The notes beneath the pieces are model-generated. The model was not told the DNA's origin. It made no database searches and worked only from the letters and a program-made list of their open reading frames with translations. A program made the position numbers and the translations under genes. DNA of 64,000 nt from a virus. The stretch spans positions 4,343-68,342 of the IMG/VR virus record IMGVR_UViG_3300021961_010841. The stretch is one strand, 5' to 3'. Position 1 is the stretch's first letter. Each line of letters starts with the position of its first letter. Below are positions 38,866-48,875 of the stretch, piece after piece.

Positions 38866-41550
38866 TTACCAAACATATTTCACACCCAAATTCGCCGTCA
38901 TCAAGTCATTATCTTCAACAAAAGTGTACCTCGAACTTGCAGAAAAATTCCATGATTCTGATAGTTGTTTGGAATACGCCAACTCCACTACCTTAGGAAC
39001 TTCGCTTGATTTTGCCGAAGCAGAACCACTTGTGAATGTGGTCGAGTTGTCGGTCCAATTATATGCTGTTGGAAGGGTATAATTGATATCACCGTCGACG
39101 ACATTCAATTGTTCACCCATTTTGATAATGAATTGATTGTTAATGTTCTGATAGGTCATCCCCAAATACCATGATTGTGACTGTATGTTGGAAGATCCAG
39201 TGATGTATGAATCATTGGCAGATTTAACGTCCGAATATCCCCTAATAAAACCACTATTCCATGTCCATTTTTCCGTCACTGAGTAGTTCATGTCTGCCCC
39301 AACATAATTTGTGGTGCTGGACTTGATTGCGAATGATCCTTGGAAGGATGATCCCAACAGACTGCCGTCCTGTTTCATGCGTCCAAAACTGTATGTGACG
39401 TCCAACTTGTCTGAGTGTTCTACTGATTTTCCATACAGCCAATCATCGCCGTTCTCACTCATTGCAAACAGCATGCCATCCCCTTGCAGTTTTGTCACTG
39501 GTTCATAGTTGACATATTGATTGCCCAGTGCTTGTTCGGTCAATTGAAAGGAAGTGAAATTGTCGTCATCGGCATAGTAATCTCTGTTATATGAATCCAT
39601 CACAACTATGGATGAAACTGCGGATATGTTGTCCAACCCACTCATGGATGAGTCGCCCACGATGCCACCTGATATGGCACTGATGGCTCCGGAAGGTTGC
39701 ACAGCAACTATGTCACCCTGTGGTTTGGTTGCTTCATTCAAATCCACCAATCCGTGTCCATACACAGCATCAACTCCTGGTGCTCCCAAGTCTCGGGCGG
39801 TTGATGTGATTAATCCTACCAGTTGTTCAGGTCTCAGTTGTGGCCATGCCTGTTTCAACACAGCGATAGATCCTGTCACATAAGGAGCCGCCATAGAAGT
39901 TCCACTCTTGGTGGTTGTGCCACCACCGTTGGCACTGGAAAGAATGTTCACACCTGGTGCCACCACAAAGAAATCTTTGGTGTTGAAAGTGTCATCACAG
40001 CCTGTGGCAACGCCGTCCGTGTACACCACATTGGAACAGATGTGTCCCGCCTTGTTGGACCATGAAGCAATTTGATTGTTGGAGTCGACAGCACCCACGA
40101 TCAACCATTGTCCATTAAGATATAAGTCACCATTCGAATCCACTCTGGTGGCGTAGTGCGAAGGCATCATGGGGTAATCCATCCCATAGTTGCCTGCGGA
40201 GTTCACAATGATCATGCCATTGTCGATCGCTGTCTGATAATTCGACAGTGTGGCATCTGCAACACCATCCACGGAAGTTTGTCCGGGCAAGTAGTAAGCA
40301 TCAGTGCTACCAATTTGTGTCAAGATTGTTGTCGATGTGTTAGCGGATAGGTTGGCCACAGCGGCGCCTTGATTGCTCAACACCACCATGGCATCATCGA
40401 AATAGGAAAATGAACATCTGCCACTGCTCGAACACAATTTTATTGAAATAAGATCAGCATCATAGGCCACACCGTGTGTGCCTATGTCATTCTTTGCACC
40501 GGCGATGATTCCAGCCACATGCGTGCCGTGACCATTGTCATCTTCTGTGCCAGCAAATCTGTAATTGATGGTTGAAAATCTATCAGAATCAAGATCTTCA
40601 TGGTCAGTGTCTATGCCTGAATCTATCATGCCAACTATCACACCGTCTCCAGTCCAGCCTCTGGCATAGGCATATGAGGCTCCTATCTGATCCAATGCTG
40701 TGCTGTTGTACTCGTCAGTCAAAAATATTTCACCTACGGGCACAGTTGATGTTGCAGTCAATACTTCTTCCACATCGGCGCTTTCGCTCCAAGTGGTGAC
40801 TGTTTCTGAAACAGGGTCTGAATCAGTTGATGTTGTTGTGCCATCCGACCAATTAAAAGTTGTCCTTGTGGCTCTGGTGGTTGTTGTGTGTGTTGGTACT
40901 TTGGTTGTGGTGGTCGTGGTTTGATATGTCTTGGTCACTGTGCCGTCCAGTGTAGATTCCACAACATTTCTTGTGGTGATCGCTGTGGTGATCACACTTT
41001 CGCCCACAACCACATCTGTGTTTGTAATTGTCTGAGAAATGCTTGTGCTGACAACAACTTTTTGGCCTTGTCCTTGATCTTTGTATAAATCTAATCTTTC
41101 TTGGCTTGATAGTGAATCGTCATACTCAACTATCTGTTGCACTGCTATGTATTCTGCTGACTGATCGTCGAACTGGCCTTGTTCAACTGCCATAGACCAT
41201 AAACTTTCCTTGCCATCATAATACCTCTTTTTGAATCCTTTCAATGCATAATAGCCTTGTTCCAAGGTCATACTTTGGCTGTCGATTATTATGTTGACAT
41301 TTGCCAGCGAACTCGGATCAAAGTTAGGATGCTGTTCCACCCATTGAAATGCTTGATAGGCTTCATTGATATCTATCTGTTTGTCGTCGGCGATGTCGAT
41401 CAAAGCACTGACAAATGAATTAGAAACCACATCGGTGCTGATTGAAATATTTGTAGGATTTGGAACAGAAATAGAAACAGGTCCTCCCCCACTGCCTCCG
41501 CAGTTTGTTAAAAATAGTGATAATAATAGAATACTCACTAATCTTGTCAT
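38866..41550 (-). CDS. subtilisin (S8) protease, lipoprotein autotransporter-like
   Basis: Lipobox LTNC; IDSG, GHGTHVAG, NSAGN, SGTSMAAP; C-terminal beta-barrel-like region ending KYVW. Confidence 0.85.
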   Translation of the reverse strand: MTRLVSILLLSLFLTNCGGSGGGPVSISVPNPTNISISTDVVSNSFVSALIDIADDKQIDINEAYQAFQWVEQHPNFDPSSLANVNIIIDSQSMTLEQGYYALKGFKKRYYDGKESLWSMAVEQGQFDDQSAEYIAVQQIVEYDDSLSSQERLDLYKDQGQGQKVVVSTSISQTITNTDVVVGESVITTAITTRNVVESTLDGTVTKTYQTTTTTTKVPTHTTTTRATRTTFNWSDGTTTSTDSDPVSETVTTWSESADVEEVLTATSTVPVGEIFLTDEYNSTALDQIGASYAYARGWTGDGVIVGMIDSGIDTDHEDLDSDRFSTINYRFAGTEDDNGHGTHVAGIIAGAKNDIGTHGVAYDADLISIKLCSSSGRCSFSYFDDAMVVLSNQGAAVANLSANTSTTILTQIGSTDAYYLPGQTSVDGVADATLSNYQTAIDNGMIIVNSAGNYGMDYPMMPSHYATRVDSNGDLYLNGQWLIVGAVDSNNQIASWSNKAGHICSNVVYTDGVATGCDDTFNTKDFFVVAPGVNILSSANGGGTTTKSGTSMAAPYVTGSIAVLKQAWPQLRPEQLVGLITSTARDLGAPGVDAVYGHGLVDLNEATKPQGDIVAVQPSGAISAISGGIVGDSSMSGLDNISAVSSIVVMDSYNRDYYADDDNFTSFQLTEQALGNQYVNYEPVTKLQGDGMLFAMSENGDDWLYGKSVEHSDKLDVTYSFGRMKQDGSLLGSSFQGSFAIKSSTTNYVGADMNYSVTEKWTWNSGFIRGYSDVKSANDSYITGSSNIQSQSWYLGMTYQNINNQFIIKMGEQLNVVDGDINYTLPTAYNWTDNSTTFTSGSASAKSSEVPKVVELAYSKQLSESWNFSASSRYTFVEDNDLMTANLGVKYVW

Positions 41551-41556
41551 ACGTAT

Positions 41557-41584
41557 ATTGTAATACAGATTAGTGATCTGTCAA
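41557..41584 (-). promoter_or_regulatory. sigma70-like promoter
   Basis: TTGACA-16nt-TACAAT. Confidence 0.55.
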
Positions 41585-41598
41585 TGTGGTAAAACCCG

Positions 41599-41943
41599 CT
41601 ATTTTTGGAAGCCTACAGTGTCTCTCTTGATGTCTTTTTCCGGAAATTCTGCCCAATATAGTTCATACGCCACAGAGTCTTCCAAACACTCAAATTGGTG
41701 TAGGAGTCCTGGTTTTACTTTGGTGTAATCACCCGCTTTTAATACAGTTTCATCACATAGATCATAGTCTGATTGCCAAACTCTAATCATTAGTGATCCA
41801 GATTCGACAAAGAATCCATTCCACTTAAATTCGTGTAGATGTTTAGAACATACTCCGCCTTTTTTGGTTACAATTCTGTGGAATTCGAGAACGCCGTTGC
41901 GTTCCACTAATTCAGTGGTTCCCCATACTTTTCCTGCTATCAT
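41599..41943 (-). CDS. cupin-domain protein
   Basis: KVWG, CSKHLH...FFVESG...PGLLHQF. Confidence 0.8.
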   Translation of the reverse strand: MIAGKVWGTTELVERNGVLEFHRIVTKKGGVCSKHLHEFKWNGFFVESGSLMIRVWQSDYDLCDETVLKAGDYTKVKPGLLHQFECLEDSVAYELYWAEFPEKDIKRDTVGFQK

Positions 41944-41963
41944 GCAGTTAGTTATAATGGAAT

Positions 41964-42311
41964 TTAATAATTAAGTAAAATTTTGGTTACGGATCCTGTG
42001 GTAACATCAACCACTGATCTGATCCATACAAAATTGCCTGTGAAATTCTTATAGGTAGTTGCCACGACGCTGGATCCATCCCCCACCGAGGTTCCGTCTA
42101 TGTCGAACCAATCTGTGGACGCAGGATCAGAGGCCAACGAGGCTTGCAGTTTGATGGTTCCTACGAAATCAGAAGAACAAATGTATGCCACAGTGTGCAG
42201 TCCATCGGCATTGCCATAGTATCCATCTGCTTTAACTTTGTCTGATACTGTTGATGCTGACGAATCGCTTGCATCAACTTGGCTTTGAATGGTGATTGCT
42301 GTTACGGGCAT
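41964..42311 (-). CDS. late, probable virion protein
   Basis: TAAATA 5 nt upstream; beta-rich, GDGS, NFTGNFVWIR. Confidence 0.65.
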   Translation of the reverse strand: MPVTAITIQSQVDASDSSASTVSDKVKADGYYGNADGLHTVAYICSSDFVGTIKLQASLASDPASTDWFDIDGTSVGDGSSVVATTYKNFTGNFVWIRSVVDVTTGSVTKILLNY

Positions 42312-42322
42312 GTGTATATTTA

Positions 42323-42604
42323 TTAGGCTATTTCAGGAAATAGTCTTCTAATAGTGGGCTCATCCATGCCGTTTACTGCGTGTACCTTGGCAGAGCCTAC
42401 GACATATTCTTTTAGATTCTCAGGATCACATCCTTTGATGTAAATCGTTCCCTTGGGGGTGATGGCGCTGTCCTCGAAAAGGATGTCCTTCTTGAGTATG
42501 ACCGGTGATCCTCCCAAACCATGCGATTGTATGGTAGCGTTAATCATGGAATTGGTTTTGATGTATTCATGTTCTATCATGAACTTTAATATTCTATTTT
42601 TCAT
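42323..42604 (-). CDS. hypothetical protein
   Basis: 93-aa ORF with AAGGAG RBS. Confidence 0.65.
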   Translation of the reverse strand: MKNRILKFMIEHEYIKTNSMINATIQSHGLGGSPVILKKDILFEDSAITPKGTIYIKGCDPENLKEYVVGSAKVHAVNGMDEPTIRRLFPEIA

Positions 42605-42623
42605 TTATTCTCCTTGATTCTTT

Positions 42624-42875
42624 TTATACTATTTCTTCTATTATTCCTAATGCTTCTGCAACAAAAAGTGTCACACCGGACCACATCATTAGGAATCCAA
42701 CTTCGGTTATAAAAAAGTCGGTGTAGACTATTTCGCCACTCCATAATCTGTAACCTGCATATGCCAACAAAAATGAGGCAACAAATCTAAACATGCTTTT
42801 GACTATGCTGACATAGAAGTGTCCTTGTCCCGGATCTTTACTGGCTGGTATGATAATTTTTTCTGGTATTGGCAT
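42624..42875 (-). CDS. small membrane protein
   Basis: Two hydrophobic helices; AAGGAG RBS. Confidence 0.65.
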   Translation of the reverse strand: MPIPEKIIIPASKDPGQGHFYVSIVKSMFRFVASFLLAYAGYRLWSGEIVYTDFFITEVGFLMMWSGVTLFVAEALGIIEEIV

Positions 42876-42884
42876 TGTTTCTCC

Positions 42885-45107
42885 TTATTTTGATATTGTA
42901 AAATCCTTTTCATCCTTGTCATAACTCACTGTGAGATCTGTGTGCGATATGCCTTCGAATAATATTTTTTTAGATAAAGGCAATTTAATTCGTGTGTTGA
43001 TCACCCTCTGTAATGGTCTCGCCCCCATCTTTGAATCGAATCCTTCTTCGACTAATTGTTCTTTTGCCGTATCATCAAGCCTTATTGATATGGATTTGTC
43101 TTTCATCTGGTTGTTCAACTCATTAATAAATTTATCAATTATATCGAACATGACAGGTTTTTCAAGTGCCTTGAATCTCAACACAGCATCCAGTCTATTT
43201 CTGAATTCAGGTGAGAAGTAAGCATTTATATCAACTGCTCCATCATGGTTTGTGTTCTCCATGAATCCGAGTGTGTTGGACTGCATATCTTCAGCACCAA
43301 GGTTGGATGTCAACAGTATGATAGAATTAGCGAGATTTACTTTTTTGCCGTTGGACGATGTGATAGTTGCGTCATCCATGGCTTGTAGTAATATTGTCAT
43401 CACATCTCTGTGTGCTTTCTCAACTTCATCGAACAATATCACTGCGTTAGGATGTTTTTCTAATTCGTTTATCAATTGTCCTGATCCGGTTTGTCCATCA
43501 TCGTATCCTACATATCCTGGAGGAGCACCGATCAGTTTGGCCACTGAGTGCTTCTCTTGGTACTCCGACATGTCGAATTTCAATAGTGGAAGATTCAACC
43601 CGTCTGCTAATTTCCTTGCTGTTTCGGTCTTACCACAACCTGTTGGACCCACACACAAGAAAGAGCCTATCGGTTTGTTTTCTTGCTTCAATCCTGCTTG
43701 TGCTACCAAGACAGTGTCCACCATCTTGTCTATCACTTCATCTTGCCCGAACACCTGTGTCTTGATGTGTTCGGAAAGATTCTCCATGGATTCAGTTTTG
43801 GTTTGCACTATGGATTCGAATTTGATTCCTGATATTTTAGAAACTTGTTCTTGCACATCCTTTAGTTGAACATCTTTGAAGGCATCGAATATCTTTGCTT
43901 TGGCGCATGCCCTGTCCAGCACATCGATCGACTTGTCCGGCAGTTGCCTATCAGTGATGTATTTCACACTCAAGTCGACGCTTGCTTCGATGGCTGTGTC
44001 ATCTACCTGCACATTATGGAATCTAACAAATTCATCTTTTAGACCATACATAATCTGTTTGGCATGTTCTATCGACGGTTCCTCAATGTTGACTTTGGCG
44101 AATCTTCTCATTAATGCACGATCCTTTTCGAAATGCTTTCTGTATTCTTCCCAAGTTGTCGAAGCAATAACTTTTAAATCTCCCCTTGCCAAGTGTGGCT
44201 TTAGCAAATTGGCAAGGTCGACACCACCTTGTCCACCAGATCCTGCACCATGCATCATGTGTGCTTCATCTATAAACATGATTGCTTTGTTATTTTTTTC
44301 TAACACACCTAACAAAACTTTTAAACGTTCTTCAAAATCTCCCCTGTACTTGGAACCTGCTATCAATGATCCCACATCCACAGAATAAATGGTATGGTCC
44401 TTGATCACTTCTGGAACCTGATTGTTCACTATCATGTGTGCAAGGCCTTCAGCAACAGCAGTCTTACCTACACCAGGATCACCGATCATGATCACATTGT
44501 TCTTGATCTTTCTTCCTAATACCAGAGTAATTTCGTCTATTATGTCTTGTCTTCCTATGCAAGTGAACGTTTTGTTTGCTTTAGCCTGTTCATTCAAATT
44601 GACTGTGTATTGTTTCAAAATCTTTGACGCTTGTTTCGAAGACACATGACTGGCGGTTTCTTCTCCAAGATCCGATCCGACTTCTGTCATGTAATCCACA
44701 ACTATTTTTTTAGTGAGTCCATTCTTTAAAAGATAAAACACGGCATGTGAATTAGTTTCTGAGTACATGGATGATAGTAGGTGTAGACTGCTCACCGCTT
44801 CATGACCTGCGAAGATGGCGTGTGTGAATGCTCTGTTGACCATACGATCTATGGCCGCAGTCCTTTTAGGGTAAACATCGTCTTTGACTTTGATTTCGTT
44901 GAGTTTAGTTTCGATATGGCTTTTCAGATCAGTTATAAGGTCACCGTATTTGATTTTTTTCGCTTGTTTACAAAGATTAGCAATCTCCTCATCCGACACT
45001 ATGGACAACAGCAAGTGCTCTAATGTGATGTATTCGTGCTTGTGTTTCCTTGCTTCTTTGACTGCATCGTCAAACAAACTCTTTAACTTATCATCTGGTT
45101 CTATCAT
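42885..45107 (-). CDS. clpA: ClpA-type AAA+ chaperone
   Basis: HEYITLEHLL, GDPGVGKT, FIDEAH, GPTGCGKT, FDMSEY, LGF loop, MGARPL; no ClpB coiled coil. Confidence 0.92.
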   Translation of the reverse strand: MIEPDDKLKSLFDDAVKEARKHKHEYITLEHLLLSIVSDEEIANLCKQAKKIKYGDLITDLKSHIETKLNEIKVKDDVYPKRTAAIDRMVNRAFTHAIFAGHEAVSSLHLLSSMYSETNSHAVFYLLKNGLTKKIVVDYMTEVGSDLGEETASHVSSKQASKILKQYTVNLNEQAKANKTFTCIGRQDIIDEITLVLGRKIKNNVIMIGDPGVGKTAVAEGLAHMIVNNQVPEVIKDHTIYSVDVGSLIAGSKYRGDFEERLKVLLGVLEKNNKAIMFIDEAHMMHGAGSGGQGGVDLANLLKPHLARGDLKVIASTTWEEYRKHFEKDRALMRRFAKVNIEEPSIEHAKQIMYGLKDEFVRFHNVQVDDTAIEASVDLSVKYITDRQLPDKSIDVLDRACAKAKIFDAFKDVQLKDVQEQVSKISGIKFESIVQTKTESMENLSEHIKTQVFGQDEVIDKMVDTVLVAQAGLKQENKPIGSFLCVGPTGCGKTETARKLADGLNLPLLKFDMSEYQEKHSVAKLIGAPPGYVGYDDGQTGSGQLINELEKHPNAVILFDEVEKAHRDVMTILLQAMDDATITSSNGKKVNLANSIILLTSNLGAEDMQSNTLGFMENTNHDGAVDINAYFSPEFRNRLDAVLRFKALEKPVMFDIIDKFINELNNQMKDKSISIRLDDTAKEQLVEEGFDSKMGARPLQRVINTRIKLPLSKKILFEGISHTDLTVSYDKDEKDFTISK

Positions 45108-45603
45108 TTAACTTACCTTGTTTCTTTTTTGCCCTTTCGTATTTAAATTTGCTCACTCTATCGATAAAGAGTTTTCCATCCAAGTGATCGATTTCATGCT
45201 GTATACATTTTGCCCATATATTCGTGAATCTGTCAACTGATTTCTTTAATTGTTCATCATACCATTCTACCACTACCCATTCTGGACGTTCCACTGTCAT
45301 GAAAAGATTTGGAAATGACAGGCATCCTTCTTCGGTCAGTGTGGTGGTCTTGGAAAATTCAACAACTTTGGGATTGATAAATGACTTGCGTTCTCTCATC
45401 ACAAACATCCTTATGCCAACGGAGACTTGATTAGCGGCCAACCCAAGTCCGCCTGCGGCTTCCATAGTGGTGTGCATGAGGTTGGCGATCTTGTCCCATT
45501 CTAAATCTTGTTTGAGATCTGTTTCGGGAATGACTTGACGCAGTGCGTCATGAGGATGCAGATTTAGTTTAAGAATATGTTTCTGAGATTCTTCTGATGT
45601 CAT
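45091..45603 (-). CDS. def: peptide deformylase
   Basis: GLGLAANQV, EGCLS, QHEIDHLDG. Confidence 0.95.
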   Translation of the reverse strand: MTSEESQKHILKLNLHPHDALRQVIPETDLKQDLEWDKIANLMHTTMEAAGGLGLAANQVSVGIRMFVMRERKSFINPKVVEFSKTTTLTEEGCLSFPNLFMTVERPEWVVVEWYDEQLKKSVDRFTNIWAKCIQHEIDHLDGKLFIDRVSKFKYERAKKKQGKLNDRTR

Positions 45604-46393
45604 CTTTTTCCCTTTCTGTTAAACTTGTCGGTATGCTTACATTTATATGGATGTACAAATGTCCTACTTGATTGCTGGAATTTACCATTCCATGTTCGGG
45701 TATTCTCATGGTTGTGCCTGGCTGTGTTCCAGGAGGTATTTTTAATGTTATTTTTGATTTGTCCAAATGTGTGATCACTAACTTGGTTCCTAATATTGCG
45801 TCGAAACAATTAACAGTCTGTTCCATGTGCAGATCTAATTTACTTCTTTTGAAGACAGGATGCGGAGACACATACACTTTTATCAAAAGATCCCCGGCCG
45901 GCGCCTCCTTGATTTCACTGCTTCCTAATCCTTTGTATCGTATTGTTTGCCCCGAATCTATGCCACGTGGAATATCTACTGATATCTTTTTTGGTAGTTG
46001 ATCCAAATTGAAAAGTTTTTTTGCGCCATGATAGGAGTCTTCAAGGCTTATTTCCAGATTGACTTGAATGTTTTTATTGCTGGGCCTTCTCGAGTATCTC
46101 CTTTGTTGCCTGAATCCGTCACCAAAGAATTGTGCAAACATATCCTGCATGTCAAAGGGGTCGCCCTGCGAAAAGTTGAAATTAAATCCATCGCCGCCGA
46201 ATCTTTTGGATGCTTCGAACTGCTGGCGTTTTTCAGCAGTTTTTATCTTATCGTAGGCTTCGTTGATTTCTTTGAATTTGTTTTCATCTCCGCCACGGTC
46301 GGGATGATATTTGACAGCCAGTTTCCTGAATGCTTGTTTGATGTCTTGGTCAGATGCAGATTGGTCAACGCCTAATACCGTGTAAGGATCCAT
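45569..46393 (-). CDS. dnaJ: DnaJ/CbpA-type co-chaperone without zinc finger
   Basis: J-domain HPD, G/F region, C-terminal GDL and PGTQPG. Confidence 0.9.
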   Translation of the reverse strand: MDPYTVLGVDQSASDQDIKQAFRKLAVKYHPDRGGDENKFKEINEAYDKIKTAEKRQQFEASKRFGGDGFNFNFSQGDPFDMQDMFAQFFGDGFRQQRRYSRRPSNKNIQVNLEISLEDSYHGAKKLFNLDQLPKKISVDIPRGIDSGQTIRYKGLGSSEIKEAPAGDLLIKVYVSPHPVFKRSKLDLHMEQTVNCFDAILGTKLVITHLDKSKITLKIPPGTQPGTTMRIPEHGMVNSSNQVGHLYIHINVSIPTSLTEREKDDIRRISETYS

Positions 46394-46437
46394 ATCCATA
46401 GTATATTATATAATGTTGATTTGTCAAATGACAAGTG

Positions 46438-46827
46438 CTACTTGTCGTGCTTTTTAGAAGAGCCTGTGTATAAACCAAACCAAGCCGCACCGGCACCAAC
46501 TACAATTGATACCAATCCTGACTGTTCCATGGTTGGATCTGCAAGGTTCATGTACCAAACAACTACTCTGTATAACAAATAAATGTAAGTGGTAATAAAA
46601 ATTCTCGGAAATATTCTCCATGAGTCTACAGCACGAGCAAGATGAATTAATTTAGCATAAGGATTTGGGCCAAGATCCTTCACAGATGTATCCACTTCCA
46701 GTTCAACAGACACTTTCTTAGAAGTTGTCTTTTGGTCGACGGGCGCCACTATCTTGTCTTCCTTGAGTGTGTCCTTTTCAATGTCGTCGAAAACGTTCAG
46801 TTCGTCATCTTTGATATCTTGTGCCAT
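46438..46827 (-). CDS. late membrane protein, holin candidate
   Basis: Two TM helices, TAAATA upstream, near lysis genes. Confidence 0.5.
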   Translation of the reverse strand: MAQDIKDDELNVFDDIEKDTLKEDKIVAPVDQKTTSKKVSVELEVDTSVKDLGPNPYAKLIHLARAVDSWRIFPRIFITTYIYLLYRVVVWYMNLADPTMEQSGLVSIVVGAGAAWFGLYTGSSKKHDK

Positions 46828-46836
46828 TTTTGATAT

Positions 46837-46998
46837 TTAACCTTTTTTACAGATTCTCCAAATCGAGTATGCAACTCCACAGTATGCTAAAATTTTAGCC
46901 AACCCACCGAATGCAATGATTAACAAGCAACCGATCAGCAGTCCTATGCCGTGCTTGGTTGATGATTCTTTTATTCTGTCTTTGATCCATTGTATCAT
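46837..46998 (-). CDS. small membrane protein (53 aa), missing from the ORF track
   Basis: MIQWIKDRIKESSTKHGIGLLIGCLLIIAFGGLAKILAYCGVAYSIWRICKKG. Confidence 0.65.
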   Translation of the reverse strand: MIQWIKDRIKESSTKHGIGLLIGCLLIIAFGGLAKILAYCGVAYSIWRICKKG

Positions 46999-46999
46999 T

Positions 47000-47275
47000 T
47001 TATTTCTCCAACTTTTTGATTCTTGCTTCTAATTCATCTATTTTTTTGGTCACATAAGGATATTTTTTACGCCATCCATCTTCGGGTTGTTGCAACCAAG
47101 TCCAACCATAGCGTTCCACCAAAAAATCAACCATCGTATCAAATTTAGCATACATCCAAAGACCTATGCGAGTTGACTTAAAATATGTGGAAAATGCCAG
47201 ACCAAACAAAGACCCAACTAATGCTGTGTATATCCACAGTCTATCAGAGGCCATACGTTCTATCATTTCTAACAT
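47000..47275 (-). CDS. membrane protein
   Basis: One TM helix, coiled-coil tail; TAAGTA 5 nt upstream. Confidence 0.7.
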   Translation of the reverse strand: MLEMIERMASDRLWIYTALVGSLFGLAFSTYFKSTRIGLWMYAKFDTMVDFLVERYGWTWLQQPEDGWRKKYPYVTKKIDELEARIKKLEK

Positions 47276-47293
47276 GCTAATACTTATCTTTCT

Positions 47294-47932
47294 TTAGTCC
47301 TGCAATCTCCAGTATTTTTGGTGAACGCTCTTTAGCTTGGAGTACACCTCTCGGAGTTGTTCGATGTTTTCAATTGCTGTTTGAGAAGAGATGTGCCTAT
47401 GGGACTGTGATTTAGGAAATTTTATGTCCTCGTAGTACACCAAAATATCATAGTGCTCGTCTAACTGTGACAGATCATTTTTACAACCCATCAACTGTCT
47501 AAATTTGTCTTCGAAAAAATCAACCGGAACATTAAATTTTGCAGAGTGAGGAAAATCCCAATTTTGTGTATACTCCGCCAAGGCAAGACTGCAGGTTTGG
47601 GCGAACCAATCTCTCCTGCTGAGACCCACATTGAACGCGGGTACCTTCCACAGTCTTTCTTTTTCGTTATGGTTTAGATCTAATATAGCAAAGGCATGAT
47701 TTTTCATCACTCTGCATTGCGATGCATTATTGTTAAGATATGTCAGCACATGATCTCGCACATGTGGCTTGTTGTTAGGGTCGAAAGGCTCGTTAAGATT
47801 GAATAGTTGCAAACTTCCCGAAAGGCTTCCATACAGGGCACTGCTTCCTGTCCTTGGTTCTGAAATGATGTGTACGAATGGTTTTGATTTTAAGAAATCT
47901 ATAATTCCTATTGTTAGATGTGAGCTGTCCAT
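47294..47932 (-). CDS. sulfotransferase-like protein
   Basis: PRTGSS PAPS loop, NEPF, RRD..AQ..S, YED. Confidence 0.7.
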   Translation of the reverse strand: MDSSHLTIGIIDFLKSKPFVHIISEPRTGSSALYGSLSGSLQLFNLNEPFDPNNKPHVRDHVLTYLNNNASQCRVMKNHAFAILDLNHNEKERLWKVPAFNVGLSRRDWFAQTCSLALAEYTQNWDFPHSAKFNVPVDFFEDKFRQLMGCKNDLSQLDEHYDILVYYEDIKFPKSQSHRHISSQTAIENIEQLREVYSKLKSVHQKYWRLQD

Positions 47933-48091
47933 CTTTTCTCCTGTTTCTTCAATGGAGAATGGACCGAAACTATTGTAACGTCACCTTATAATATTAACCT
48001 GTTCTTTGTCACCAGCCGTGTCGGACGCGAGCACTGTTACCAAAGGTAGGCGTAACTATAAGTCACCGCCAATCAGCATTGATGCAAATAT

Positions 48092-48460
48092 TTATTGTGA
48101 TTCGTAGTATTCTCGATACTGTTCTAATGTGAGTTTTTGCTTGATCATGTATGCACGGATCTGTGCGAAGTTAGTGGACAGCGTCTCGTAGTCATCATCT
48201 GTGAGGCCAAACAGCACAGGATCCACGTTCTTTTCCTTGAGCTTGGCAAACACTTCCTCCGCGTTTTCTGACGTGATGATGATGAAGTTTAGATCATCTA
48301 TCCTTGGAGTTTCTGGATCAGGTAAATCGAGTGGTGCTCTGGGAACTTCAGTCTTGAACACTTCCAATTTCTTAACTGATGAGCAACTACTCAGCAGGAA
48401 CAAAGTTAGGATTAGCAAGGCTAGGACATTCAGCGTTGATTTCACTTGGCTTAACTGCAT
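48092..48460 (-). CDS. outer-membrane spanin (Rz1-like lipoprotein)
   Basis: Lipobox LSSC, Pro-rich stretch, overlaps 3' end of i-spanin; true start may be an internal GTG. Confidence 0.7.
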   Translation of the reverse strand: MQLSQVKSTLNVLALLILTLFLLSSCSSVKKLEVFKTEVPRAPLDLPDPETPRIDDLNFIIITSENAEEVFAKLKEKNVDPVLFGLTDDDYETLSTNFAQIRAYMIKQKLTLEQYREYYESQ

Positions 48461-48875
48461 TTAACTCCTTTTCTGTGAGTGGTGATCCCATGGCAATTTC
48501 TACACATCGCAGAGCATTGACTGAGGCTTTGTTGATGATTTTTTCTACCATGCCGGGTTTGGCAATGGCAAGATCACCTATGTCTCGCTTTTTGCCAGAA
48601 GCATTTGTTTTGTTGAACTTGTCATCCAAATTGGCAAGTTCTTTTGTAAGTACCTCTTTGGTTTCTTGTAACTTTTTGTTGGCATTCATTATGGACTCGA
48701 AGTCTTGTTTTTGCTGTTCTATAACTTGTTGTTGTGATGACACAGCTTCTTCCAATTTGATTTGATTTGCCTTTAGTATGGCATTGTCTGATCTAAGTTT
48801 CATCACATACAATCCAGCACCTGCCAGCGAACTGACCAGGATGCCTACCATCACAAGTTTAAAGGTTCCAAACAT
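48387..48875 (-). CDS. inner-membrane spanin (Rz-like)
   Basis: N-terminal TM plus long coiled coil, directly after endolysin. Confidence 0.72.
   Translation of the reverse strand: MFGTFKLVMVGILVSSLAGAGLYVMKLRSDNAILKANQIKLEEAVSSQQQVIEQQKQDFESIMNANKKLQETKEVLTKELANLDDKFNKTNASGKKRDIGDLAIAKPGMVEKIINKASVNALRCVEIAMGSPLTEKELNAVKPSEINAECPSLANPNFVPAE

Noticed and set aside
47955-47975. GGACCGAAAC looks like part of a hammerhead ribozyme
   Set aside because: No CUGANGA core or matching stems nearby
48049-48070. GGCGTAACTATAAG resembles the 23S rRNA helix 69 loop
   Set aside because: Match is only about 10 nt and lies on the strand opposite the predicted transcript
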